Made by a program: the position numbers and the translations under genes
The notes under the pieces: model-generated
The model's input: only the letters and a program-made list of their open reading frames with translations
The model's database searches: none
What the model was told of the DNA's origin: nothing
Assembly: GCA_963747235.1 (NCBI GenBank)
Contig: CAVVEU010000018.1
Span: forward strand, 1 to 26,748
Reading direction: 5' to 3'
DNA length: 26,748 nucleotides
Source of the DNA: an uncultured Candidatus Rokubacteria bacterium
Lineage (GTDB): Bacteria; Methylomirabilota; Methylomirabilia; Rokubacteriales; CSP1-6
Part shown: one piece after another, positions 16,341 to 24,148 of the stretch
Numbering within the stretch: position 1 is the stretch's first letter
Layout: each line of letters begins with the position of its first letter

Positions 16341-16403
16341 GGATCACGTGGGCTTCAGCCGCCACGAGCGAAGCGAGTGGTCGGCTGCAAGCCCGAGTTA
16401 TCC
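16341..16403 (-). other. attC site (63 bp; R' is GTGATCC, non-canonical)
   Basis: R'' GGATAAC (contains TAA), arms gggctt-cagccg-ccac / gtgg-t-cggctg-c-aagccc with two extrahelical bases. Confidence 0.88.
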
Positions 16404-17393
16404 AGCGACGCAACCCGCGCCCGCAGCAAACGTCACCCTCGCGAAACGGTCCGTAGCCCGAATCAACTCCTCCGTGATGCCAGGATTGCTGGCCGCGTGC
16501 CCAGCATCGTTCACAACCACCAACTCCGAGCGAGGCCATAGGCGGTGCAGTTTCCACGCCGTAGCGAGCGGCGCCTGAAAATCGAAACGCCCGTTCACGA
16601 GCACCCCAGGAATGCCCGCAAGCCTATCCGCGTCACGCAAGACACTTCCATCGCCAAGCCACGCATTGTGACGAACGTAATGCGTGACCAGCCGCGCATA
16701 GGCCATGGCGAACGACGGATCACGGAACCGCGCTGCCAATCCAGACACAGGAGGCCAATCCGGTGTCGCGGACTCCCACAAGCACCAGGCAAGAGCAGCC
16801 CGCTCACGAATCACGGCATCCGAATCCTGCAACAAGCGGCAGTATGCCTCGACGATATCGCCGTCGCGATCGGCGACCGGCAAGGCGCTGCGGCGACACC
16901 CCCACTCTTCGGGGAAGAACGCGCCAAGACCGTCACGAAACAACCAGTCAAACTCCTCGCGCTGACCCGTCGTAACGCCAAACAGGATCAATTCCGTCAC
17001 ACGAGTCGGAAACCGCTCGGCATAGGCAAGCGCCAACGCGCTGCCCCATGACCCACCCAACACCAACCACCGCTCGACATTGAGGTGCACCCGCAGCCGC
17101 TCAATGTCGACGATCAGATTTTCAGTGGTGTTTCCCGACAACTCTGTCTCAGGGGAGCTCGCATGAGGCCGGCTCCGCCCACAACCACGTTGATCAAACA
17201 GCACAACGCGGTACGCAGCAGGATCGAACAACCTCCGATGCCACGGCGTGCACCCCGAACCGGGACCACCGTGTAGGACGACAGCAGGCTTGCCCCTGGG
17301 ATTGCCGCACACCTCCCAGTACACGAGATCACCGCCAGTGACCTCCAGCATGCCCTGCGCATACGGCTCGATCTCGGGATACAGGTCTGGCAT
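16398..17393 (-). CDS. pip: Proline iminopeptidase (cassette gene)
   Basis: LYPEIEPY, HGGPGSG, FDQRGCGRSRPHA, GGSWGS, GRFD, AGH. Confidence 0.93.
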   Translation of the reverse strand: MPDLYPEIEPYAQGMLEVTGGDLVYWEVCGNPRGKPAVVLHGGPGSGCTPWHRRLFDPAAYRVVLFDQRGCGRSRPHASSPETELSGNTTENLIVDIERLRVHLNVERWLVLGGSWGSALALAYAERFPTRVTELILFGVTTGQREEFDWLFRDGLGAFFPEEWGCRRSALPVADRDGDIVEAYCRLLQDSDAVIRERAALAWCLWESATPDWPPVSGLAARFRDPSFAMAYARLVTHYVRHNAWLGDGSVLRDADRLAGIPGVLVNGRFDFQAPLATAWKLHRLWPRSELVVVNDAGHAASNPGITEELIRATDRFARVTFAAGAGCVAG

Positions 17394-17479
17394 ACCTCGC
17401 CTATCTCAAGCCCACCATGAACTGCCCCGGCGCGCATTCACCGTGCGCACTCAAAGACACGAGACATAGCCGCACGACT

Positions 17480-17552
17480 GGATAACGGTCCCGCTCAGCA
17501 GCCGGAGGGCGAGCACCGCGAGCCCCCGGTCTGCTGCAGCGTTCAGTTCGAC
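17480..17552 (-). other. attC site of the first cassette (73 bp)
   Basis: R'' GTCGAAC ... R' GTTATCC, arms cgct-cagcag-ccgg / ccgg-t-ctgctg-c-agcg. Confidence 0.93.
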
Positions 17553-17570
17553 GGTGCCAGCTCGCACGGA

Positions 17571-17963
17571 TCATGCTCGCGGGAATACCTCCTCGAAGAA
17601 GTGCCGATCACCGGGGAAGGTCGGATCCAGCGTCGCGATCTCTTGGACGGTCACCCAGCGGGCATCACTGACCTCCCGCCGGTCAGGCCTGAGATCGTGG
17701 TTCTCCGCCTCCGCCAACCACCAATGCAGCGTGTGGGTCCCTCCTGCCGAGACGCTCTCCCAGACCTTCCGCACCGGTCGGATCGTTACGCCAACCTCTT
17801 CCTTCACCTCGCGAATGACAGCGGCCTCCTGTGTCTCATCGGGCTCCACCTTCCCGCTGGGCGGTGCCCACTTTCCGGGATCGGGTCCACTTGGTCCTCG
17901 CCGAATCATCAACACTAAGGGCCCACTCCGCACTACAGCAACGATGGCGTCAGGCAACACCAT
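17571..17963 (-). CDS. NUDIX hydrolase (first cassette)
   Basis: Nudix box GKVEPDETQEAAVIREVKEEVG. Confidence 0.92.
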   Translation of the reverse strand: MVLPDAIVAVVRSGPLVLMIRRGPSGPDPGKWAPPSGKVEPDETQEAAVIREVKEEVGVTIRPVRKVWESVSAGGTHTLHWWLAEAENHDLRPDRREVSDARWVTVQEIATLDPTFPGDRHFFEEVFPRA

Positions 17964-17978
17964 TCGTGCTACTCATCC

Positions 17979-18050
17979 GTCGAACTAGAAATATCCCGGT
18001 CTGCATATTTCGCCCTCGCGCGGGCTTGGTGCGGATAATCCGGCCGGGAT
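17979..18050 (-). other. Putative attI site (crossover G/TT at 17985/17984)
   Basis: Minus strand ...aaatatgcagaccgggatatttctaG/TTCGAC. GTTCGAC is the exact complement of the first cassette's R'' GTCGAAC. No attC hairpin precedes it. The upstream boundary is approximate. Confidence 0.75.
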
Positions 18051-18124
18051 GGCCGGGGCGATGTGGCGGGAGCGGCCTTGGGGGGACGCGTGGTTGGGCA
18101 TGGTCCCGGGGTGCGAGTTCAGTT

Positions 18125-19165
18125 TTACACAGACCTGGATACTTCTGGATGGGGGATTGTGAGGGCCCGGCCACTCATGGGGAGGGGGAGGCGGTCGGCG
18201 GGGCTGAGGACGCCGGCGGGGCCTCGGTTGAGGACGTGGGTGTAGATCATGGTGGTGGAGACGTCGCGGTGGCCGAGGAGCTGCTGGACGGTGCGGATGT
18301 CGGCGCCGTCTTCCAGCAGGTGGGTGGCGAAGGCGTGGCGGAAGGTGTGGCAGGTGGCGCGCTTGGGGATGTCCTTACTGCGCACGGCTTCCTTCACCGC
18401 GCGCTGCAGGACGGATTCGTGCAGGTGGTGGCGGCGGCGCTGGTTGGTCTCGCGGTGGAGGTAGGTGCGGGTGGCGGGGAAGATCCATTGCCAGACCCAC
18501 TCGCGGCCGGCGCGGGGATACTTGCGGGCCAGGGCCCAGGGCAGCTCCACCCAGCCCGCGCCGGCGCGGAGGTCGGCGGCGTGCTGGTCGCGCATGGTCT
18601 CGAGGTGCTTGGCGAGGTCGCGGCTGGCGGCGGCGGGCAGCATCGTCACGCGGTCCTTGTCGCCCTTGCCGGAGCGCACCGTGATCTGGTTGCGCGCGAA
18701 GTCCACGTCCTTCACGCGCAGGCGCAGGGCTTCGAGCAGCCGAAGGCCCGCGCCGTAGAGGAGCAGGGCCGCCAGGCGGGTCGGCCCGTCGAGCGCGTCG
18801 AGGACGGCCTGCACCTCCTCGCGGGTGAGCACGACCGGGATCCGTTCGCGGCTCTTGGCCCGCACGATCTCGTCGAGCCAGGGCAGCGCCTGCTCGAGGA
18901 CCTCGCGATAGAGAAAGAGCAGCGCGCTCAGGGCCTGGTTCTGGGTGGAGGCGGCCACGTTGCGCTGAATGGCCAGGTCGCTCAGGAAGCGCGTGACCTC
19001 GGCGGCGCCCATCTCGGCCGGATGGCGCTTGCCGTGGAACACGATGTAGCGCCGGATCCAGCCGACGTAGGCCTTCTCCGTGCGGAGGCTGCAGTGGCGG
19101 GTGCGCAGCGCGGCCCGCACGCGATCCAGCAGCCGCGGCGGGGGCGGAGCCTCGAGATGCGTCAT
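18125..19165 (-). CDS. intI: Integron integrase (tyrosine recombinase)
   Basis: [35 protein letters not shown], integron-specific insert [47 protein letters not shown]. Confidence 0.97.
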   Translation of the reverse strand: MTHLEAPPPPRLLDRVRAALRTRHCSLRTEKAYVGWIRRYIVFHGKRHPAEMGAAEVTRFLSDLAIQRNVAASTQNQALSALLFLYREVLEQALPWLDEIVRAKSRERIPVVLTREEVQAVLDALDGPTRLAALLLYGAGLRLLEALRLRVKDVDFARNQITVRSGKGDKDRVTMLPAAASRDLAKHLETMRDQHAADLRAGAGWVELPWALARKYPRAGREWVWQWIFPATRTYLHRETNQRRRHHLHESVLQRAVKEAVRSKDIPKRATCHTFRHAFATHLLEDGADIRTVQQLLGHRDVSTTMIYTHVLNRGPAGVLSPADRLPLPMSGRALTIPHPEVSRSV

Positions 19166-19171
19166 GAGGCC

Positions 19172-19199
19172 AGGCTACCCGGCGGGCCCGCGCGCGCAA
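19172..19199 (-). promoter_or_regulatory. Putative leaderless intI promoter
   Basis: TTGCGC-16nt-TAGCCT-6nt-ATG, with no SD. Confidence 0.45.
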
Positions 19200-19230
19200 G
19201 ACGTGGACACGGCGATACACGGGCGGTAGC

Positions 19231-20217
19231 ATGCAGAGCCGGATGCCCTTCGCCTACTTCCAGCGGCTCACGCGGCGGCAGCAGGCGATCTATCTCGAGA
19301 GCGACGGCCTCGTGACGATGCCGCTGCCGCAGGCGGGGCGGCTCCAGCCCGTCGTGACCGCGCTGGCCCGCGCGCTCGAGGGCGGCGATCGCGCCACCAC
19401 CGAGGCGGCGGCGCAGCGGCTGGTCGCGGGCCTGGCGCGTGCCCTGGGCGCCCCGCCGGTGCGCGTGACGGTCCTGGCCGCGCGGCCCCATGCGAAGTGG
19501 GGCGAGCTGCACGGCTTGTACGAATCACCCGGGCGCGGCCCGGAGCCGCCGCTGATCACGCTCTGGATGCGCACCGCGCGGCAGAAGCGCGTGGTGGCCT
19601 TCCGCACCTTCCTCCGCACGCTCCTCCACGAGGTCGGGCACCACGTGGACTATACTCTGCTGCGGCTGGGCGACTCCTTCCACACCCAGGGCTTCTACGC
19701 GCGGGAGTCGCACCTGTTCCATCAACTGGTCACCGACGGGGGCATTCTCATGGCAAGTCTCGAGGAGCAGATGGCGCGCATGGAGCGCGCGGCGGACGAC
19801 TACGCGGCCGCCATCAAGGGCGTGTCGGACGCCGCGCTCAGCAAGCGCCCGGACGACAAGAGCTGGTCGGCCAAGGAATCGCTGTGCCACGTGCGCGACA
19901 CCGAGGAGTCCTTCATGATCCGCTTCCAGACCATCATGGAGATGGACGAGCCGCGGTTCCTGCCGGGCGATCCCGACCGCTGGGCGACCGAGCGCCAGTA
20001 TCAGAGAAACGACGCGGGGGAGGCGCTGCAGGCCTTCCGCGTGCGGCGCGACGAGACCTTGAAGTTCCTGCGCGGGCTACGGCCGGAGCACCTCGATCGC
20101 GGCGGCGTGCACCCGACCCGCGGCCGCATGACCGTCAAGGACTTCGTGGGCCTCATGGCCTGGCACGACGACAACCACCTCGATCAGCTCAAGCGGGCGC
20201 TCGCGGGCAAGCCCTAG
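19231..20217 (+). CDS. Fusion of an HExxH-motif domain and a DinB/YfiT-like domain
   Basis: LLHEVGHHVD in the N-terminal half. KRPDDKSWSAKESLCHVRDTE...WHDDNHLDQL in the C-terminal half. Start may be ATG 19243. Confidence 0.8.
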   Translation: MQSRMPFAYFQRLTRRQQAIYLESDGLVTMPLPQAGRLQPVVTALARALEGGDRATTEAAAQRLVAGLARALGAPPVRVTVLAARPHAKWGELHGLYESPGRGPEPPLITLWMRTARQKRVVAFRTFLRTLLHEVGHHVDYTLLRLGDSFHTQGFYARESHLFHQLVTDGGILMASLEEQMARMERAADDYAAAIKGVSDAALSKRPDDKSWSAKESLCHVRDTEESFMIRFQTIMEMDEPRFLPGDPDRWATERQYQRNDAGEALQAFRVRRDETLKFLRGLRPEHLDRGGVHPTRGRMTVKDFVGLMAWHDDNHLDQLKRALAGKP

Positions 20218-20909
20218 CGCGCGCCCGCCTGGCGCAGGCGCGCCACCATCGCGGCGTGGCCGCGGGCCTGGGCCAGGGCCAGCGGCGTCCGGCCGTCGCG
20301 ATCGGGCAGGTTCACGTTCGCGCCCGCCTCGATCAGCGCGGTCAGCGTGTCGGTGTGGCGCGCGCCGCCGTCGCCGAGCACGACGGACTCGATCAGCGCG
20401 GTCCAGCCCAGATTGTTGACGTGGTCGAGCGGGGCGCCCGCGCCGATGAGCGTGCGCACCACCTCCGCGTGGCCCAGGTGCGCGGCCGCGATCAGCGCGG
20501 TGCCGTCGTAGCGGCTGGTCACGCTCCGCGCGCTCGCGCCCAGAGCCAGGGCGACGCGCAGGGTCGGCACGTCGTTGGCGACCGCCGCGATCGTCACGAT
20601 GTCGTACCGGTCTCGCTCCAGCGCGTTCGGGTCCGCACCCGCGGCCACCAGCGCCAGCATGGCCTCGTGGTGGCCGCCGTACGCGGCCACGTGCAGCGGC
20701 GTGCGGCCGTGGCCGTCGCGCCCGTCGGGCTTCCGGCCGCCCGCCACCAGCGCCTTGACCCGGGCCGCGTCGCCCTGCGCCGCGGCGGCGAAGAGCCCTG
20801 CGTACCCGGCCCTCTCCTCCGCCGACGGCGACACCTGCGCCGACGCCTCACCGAGGCCACCCACCAGGAGTGCGAGCGCCACCGCGCGGGCGAGCCCGCA
20901 CGCCCGCAT
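20214..20909 (-). CDS. Exported ankyrin repeat protein
   Basis: Signal-like N-terminus, then GRTPLHVAA, GTALIAAA, GWTALIE and GRTPLALA repeats. Confidence 0.92.
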   Translation of the reverse strand: MRACGLARAVALALLVGGLGEASAQVSPSAEERAGYAGLFAAAAQGDAARVKALVAGGRKPDGRDGHGRTPLHVAAYGGHHEAMLALVAAGADPNALERDRYDIVTIAAVANDVPTLRVALALGASARSVTSRYDGTALIAAAHLGHAEVVRTLIGAGAPLDHVNNLGWTALIESVVLGDGGARHTDTLTALIEAGANVNLPDRDGRTPLALAQARGHAAMVARLRQAGAR

Positions 20910-21241
20910 CAGGACGCCCCCGTTGCGGGTTCCCCCTCACCCGGCCCTCTCCCCCGCGACGGGGGAGGGGGAGCGAGAGCGGCGATGTGCTGGGCCGCCT
21001 CGGCCGAGGTGCGCACCGGGACGATCTCGAAGTGCGCGAGATCGCCCCACGCCTTCATCCACACGTCGAACAGCGACCGGTCCTCGGTGCGCATGAGCTG
21101 GAAGCAGCGGAAGTAGTCGAGATCCACCCAGCTATCCACGTACTCGAGGCCGGGCGGGAGCTGGCGGCCGCGCTCGCGGGCCCGCCGATAGATCTCGGGC
21201 GCCGCGCCCGCGTTGAAGTACTCGATGACCATGTAGAGCAT
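20909..21241 (-). CDS. DUF3303-like protein
   Basis: MLYMVIEYF...GRQLPPGLEYVDSWV...CFQLM...WGDLAHFEIVPV. Confidence 0.8.
   Translation of the reverse strand: MLYMVIEYFNAGAAPEIYRRARERGRQLPPGLEYVDSWVDLDYFRCFQLMRTEDRSLFDVWMKAWGDLAHFEIVPVRTSAEAAQHIAALAPPPPSRGRGPGEGEPATGAS
20933..20970 (+). repeat. REP-like palindromic repeat copy 1
   Basis: CCCCTCACCCggCCCTCTCCCCC-gcgac-GGGGGAGGGG. Confidence 0.8.
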
Positions 21242-21246
21242 GCGAC

Positions 21247-22209
21247 CTACGCGGCGACCGCCGCCTCCACCGTCGGCTGGTAGTGCGGGGCGTCGGGGAA
21301 GCCGATGGGGCGCACCGCGGGCAGCGTCACGCCGGCGGCGCGGTACTCGCCGACGAAGGCCGACACCGCGCGGAAGTCGCCGATGCCGCCCAGCGCGGCC
21401 ACGAGGCGGTCCGAGACCGCGTCCGGGCCCGGCGCGCGGTCGAAGGCCGCCACGTCGGCGGTGAAGCCGCTCTCCTCGAGCATCTTGCGGTAGAACGGCA
21501 GCACCAGGTAGCGCTGCAGCTCGGTGCGGAAGAGCGCGGTGGCCGCGGTGCGGTCCGCGGTCAGCGCCGCGGGCGCGGCGGCCACGATCTCGAAGCCATC
21601 GAGCGGCTTGCCCGCGCGGGCGCGGCCGCGCTTGATGGCGGGCACCGCGTGGTCGCGCACGTAGGCGGGCGCGGCCAGCCAGAGCACCACGCCGTCGGCG
21701 ATCTCGCCGGCCAGCTCCAGCATGCGCGGCGCCAGCCCGGCCAGCAGGATCGGCGGCGCGGGCGGGATCTTCGGCAGCCCGCTCTGCCAGTTCACGCGGA
21801 AGCGCGGGCCCTGATGCTGCACCCGGCCGGTCAGCGCGCCGCGCAGCACCGTCACGTACTCGCGCATGACCTCGAGCGGCTTGCCCATGTCCAGGCCCAT
21901 CGCGCCCTCCATCACCGGGCGATGGCTCACCCCGATGCCCAGGCGCAGGCGGCCGCCGCTCGTGTCGGAGAGCGTGAGGGCCTCCTGGGCCAGCACCACC
22001 GGATGCCGCGGGTAGATCGGGATGACGCCCGAGCCGAGGCCCGCGTGCGGGGCCACGTGCGCGTAGGCCGACAGCGTCAGCAGCGCGTCGCGGCCGATGC
22101 CGTGGGTAACCCAGAGGCTCTCATAGCCCAGCGCGTCGGCGCGACGCGCCAGCGCGATCGCGGGCGCCAGGTCGGCGCCGGGGCTCAGGAAGAGCGCGGT
22201 GCGCGCCAT
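21247..22209 (-). CDS. LLM-class flavin-dependent oxidoreductase
   Basis: ADALGYESLWV, GVIPIYPRHP, SGGRLRLGIGVSH, PRMLELAGEIADG. Start at ATG 22209. Confidence 0.92.
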   Translation of the reverse strand: MARTALFLSPGADLAPAIALARRADALGYESLWVTHGIGRDALLTLSAYAHVAPHAGLGSGVIPIYPRHPVVLAQEALTLSDTSGGRLRLGIGVSHRPVMEGAMGLDMGKPLEVMREYVTVLRGALTGRVQHQGPRFRVNWQSGLPKIPPAPPILLAGLAPRMLELAGEIADGVVLWLAAPAYVRDHAVPAIKRGRARAGKPLDGFEIVAAAPAALTADRTAATALFRTELQRYLVLPFYRKMLEESGFTADVAAFDRAPGPDAVSDRLVAALGGIGDFRAVSAFVGEYRAAGVTLPAVRPIGFPDAPHYQPTVEAAVAA

Positions 22210-22214
22210 CGCGG

Positions 22215-22847
22215 TCAGGCGCCCGCCGTCACGCCCAGCGCCGCGAGCTGGCCGCGCAGGTCGTGCCCCTGGTCCACGCGGTGGAGCACGCCCTGCATGC
22301 CGACGGCGCGGGCGGCGTCCACGTTCTTGTCCCAGTCGTCCACGAACACGCATGCCTCGGGCGGCAGGCCCAGGCGATCGGCGGCGAGGCGGAAGATCTC
22401 CGGCCGGGGCTTCGCCATGCCGACCTCCGCGGAGACCACGATGTCGTCGAAGCAGGAGTCCAGCCCCAGCTCGTTCTTCAACCGCGCGCGCAGCGAGAGA
22501 TCCGCGTTGCTCAGGACCGAGCAGCGGTACGGCGGCCGCAGCGCGCGCACCAGCGCGAGATTGGCGTCGATGGCCCGCTGGGCCCGCCGCCACTCGTCGT
22601 GCAGGCGCGGCAGCGCGCGGCCGGCGCGGCGCTCGAGCTCCCGGTGGGCGCCCTCCGCCCATTCGGCCGGATCGCCCTTGCCGCACTCGATGTCGGCCCA
22701 CGCCGGGCAGCGGTAGAGCGTCTCGAACACCGAGGACTTCGGGAGGCCGTGGGTGCGGTCCAGCTCCCGCGCGACATCCCAGCGCATGTCCCACAGGACG
22801 CCGCCGAAGTCGAAGACGACGGCGCGGAGGCTAGTAGCGGGGGCCAC
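22215..22847 (-). CDS. HAD-family phosphatase
   Basis: VVFDFGGVL, LSN, KPRPEIF, FVDD. Start uncertain (22847 or 22886). Confidence 0.9.
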   Translation of the reverse strand: MAPATSLRAVVFDFGGVLWDMRWDVARELDRTHGLPKSSVFETLYRCPAWADIECGKGDPAEWAEGAHRELERRAGRALPRLHDEWRRAQRAIDANLALVRALRPPYRCSVLSNADLSLRARLKNELGLDSCFDDIVVSAEVGMAKPRPEIFRLAADRLGLPPEACVFVDDWDKNVDAARAVGMQGVLHRVDQGHDLRGQLAALGVTAGA

Positions 22848-23097
22848 GCGGGGTCTGAGCGGGCTTGACCGAGCTGGGCGGCTCACGATCGCTCGTGAGC
22901 GGCACCCAGCCGCGCTGCTTCATGCACTGCTCGTCCAGCTCGCCCTTCTTGGGCGTGCACTCGTCGCGATCGCGCGTGAACTCACTCACCGTGTAGTTCG
23001 CGCCGGGCTTGTACCACTGACGATCTCGCTCGGAGCTGCAGCCAACCGGCAGGAGAGACGCGGCGAGGAGGAGCAGGAGGCAATACCGTCCCGTCAT
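22831..23097 (-). CDS. Small hypothetical lipoprotein
   Basis: MTGRYCLLLLLAASLLPVGC lipobox, then WYKPG...FTRDRDEC...CMKQRGW. Confidence 0.75.
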   Translation of the reverse strand: MTGRYCLLLLLAASLLPVGCSSERDRQWYKPGANYTVSEFTRDRDECTPKKGELDEQCMKQRGWVPLTSDREPPSSVKPAQTPRGPRY

Positions 23098-23100
23098 GCC

Positions 23101-23118
23101 CGGCATGGTACCATGCCG
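23101..23118. promoter_or_regulatory. Perfect 18-bp palindrome carrying an extended -10 (TGnTACCAT) on both strands
   Basis: CGGCATGGTACCATGCCG sits in the 28-bp gap between divergent genes. Confidence 0.6.
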
Positions 23119-23125
23119 CCCACGA

Positions 23126-24148
23126 ATGCTGGACACCACCATCGCCGGCAGCCTTCCGAAACCCGAGTGGCTGGCGCCGCCCAACACGCTGTGGGCGCCC
23201 TGGCGGCTCGAGGGTCGCGCGCTCGAGGAGGGCAAGCGCGACGCGGTGCTCCTGGCCCTGCGCGAGCAAGAGCAGGCGGGCATCGACATCGTCACCGACG
23301 GCGAGCAGACCCGGCGCCACTTCGTGTGGGGCTTCGTGGAGCACCTCGACGGCATCGACTTCTCGAAGATGATCACGATCGGCATCCGCGCCGATCGCTA
23401 CAAGGCCACCGTGCCGACGGTGACCGGGCCGGTGCGGCGCCGCGGCCCGATCCATGGTGAGGACGTGCGCTGGGCCCGGGCCAACACCGGGCGCCGGCTC
23501 AAGCTGACGATCCCGGGGCCGATGACCATCGTGGACACCATCCACGACGCGCACTACGGCAGCCGCGAGCGGCTCGCGATGGACCTCGCCCGGCTCATCA
23601 ACGAGGAAGCGCGCGAGCTGGAGGCGCTCGGCCTCGACATGCTCCAGCTCGACGAGCCCGCGTTCAATGTCTACATGGACGAGGTGCGCGACTGGGGCGT
23701 GGCCGCGCTCGACCGCGCGGTCGAAGGTCTGCGCTGCCGCACCGCGGTGCACATCTGCTACGGCTACGGCATCAAGGCCAACACCGACTGGAAGCAGACG
23801 CTGGGCGGCGAGTGGCGCCAGTACGAGCAGACCTTCCCGGCGCTGGCGCGAAGCCGCATCGGCGGCGTGTCGCTCGAGTGCGCGGGCTCGCGGGTGCCGA
23901 TCTCCCTCATCGGCCTGCTCGGCGACAAGGACGTGCTGGTGGGCGCGGTGGACGTGGCCACCGACGTGATCGAGACGCCCGAGCAGGTGGCCGCGGTGAT
24001 CCGCGCCGCGATGGCCCACGTGCCGGCCGAGCGCATCTTCCCCTGCACCAACTGCGGGATGGTGCCGCTGTCGCGCGCGGTGGCGCAGGCCAAGCTGCAG
24101 GCGCTCGGGGCGGGCGCGGCCCTCGTGCGCCGGGAGCTCGGCCGGTGA
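23126..24148 (+). CDS. metE: Cobalamin-independent methionine synthase-like protein, single-barrel (catalytic domain only)
   Basis: TTIAGSLPKP, DIVTDGEQTR, PGPMT, QLDEPA, Zn ligands HICYG and TNCG. Confidence 0.88.
   Translation: MLDTTIAGSLPKPEWLAPPNTLWAPWRLEGRALEEGKRDAVLLALREQEQAGIDIVTDGEQTRRHFVWGFVEHLDGIDFSKMITIGIRADRYKATVPTVTGPVRRRGPIHGEDVRWARANTGRRLKLTIPGPMTIVDTIHDAHYGSRERLAMDLARLINEEARELEALGLDMLQLDEPAFNVYMDEVRDWGVAALDRAVEGLRCRTAVHICYGYGIKANTDWKQTLGGEWRQYEQTFPALARSRIGGVSLECAGSRVPISLIGLLGDKDVLVGAVDVATDVIETPEQVAAVIRAAMAHVPAERIFPCTNCGMVPLSRAVAQAKLQALGAGAALVRRELGR

Larger units (their letters stand above)
9734..19165 (-). mobile_element. Integron (intI, attI and attC-bounded array); co-oriented genes continue to the window start
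   Basis: intI, attI candidate, seven complete and four partial attC sites, all on the minus strand. Confidence 0.92.

Noticed and set aside
10346-17552. Spaced palindromic repeats as a CRISPR array or terminators
   Set aside because: Spacers are whole genes, repeats are not identical, there are no cas genes or U-tracts, and R''/R' boxes identify them as attC.
40-17988. Many long plus-strand ORFs across the array
   Set aside because: They are antisense to well-supported minus-strand genes and have Arg/Ala/Pro-rich shadow composition.
17831-19315. 494-aa plus-strand ORF
   Set aside because: Antisense shadow of intI caused by high GC3; no recognisable motifs.
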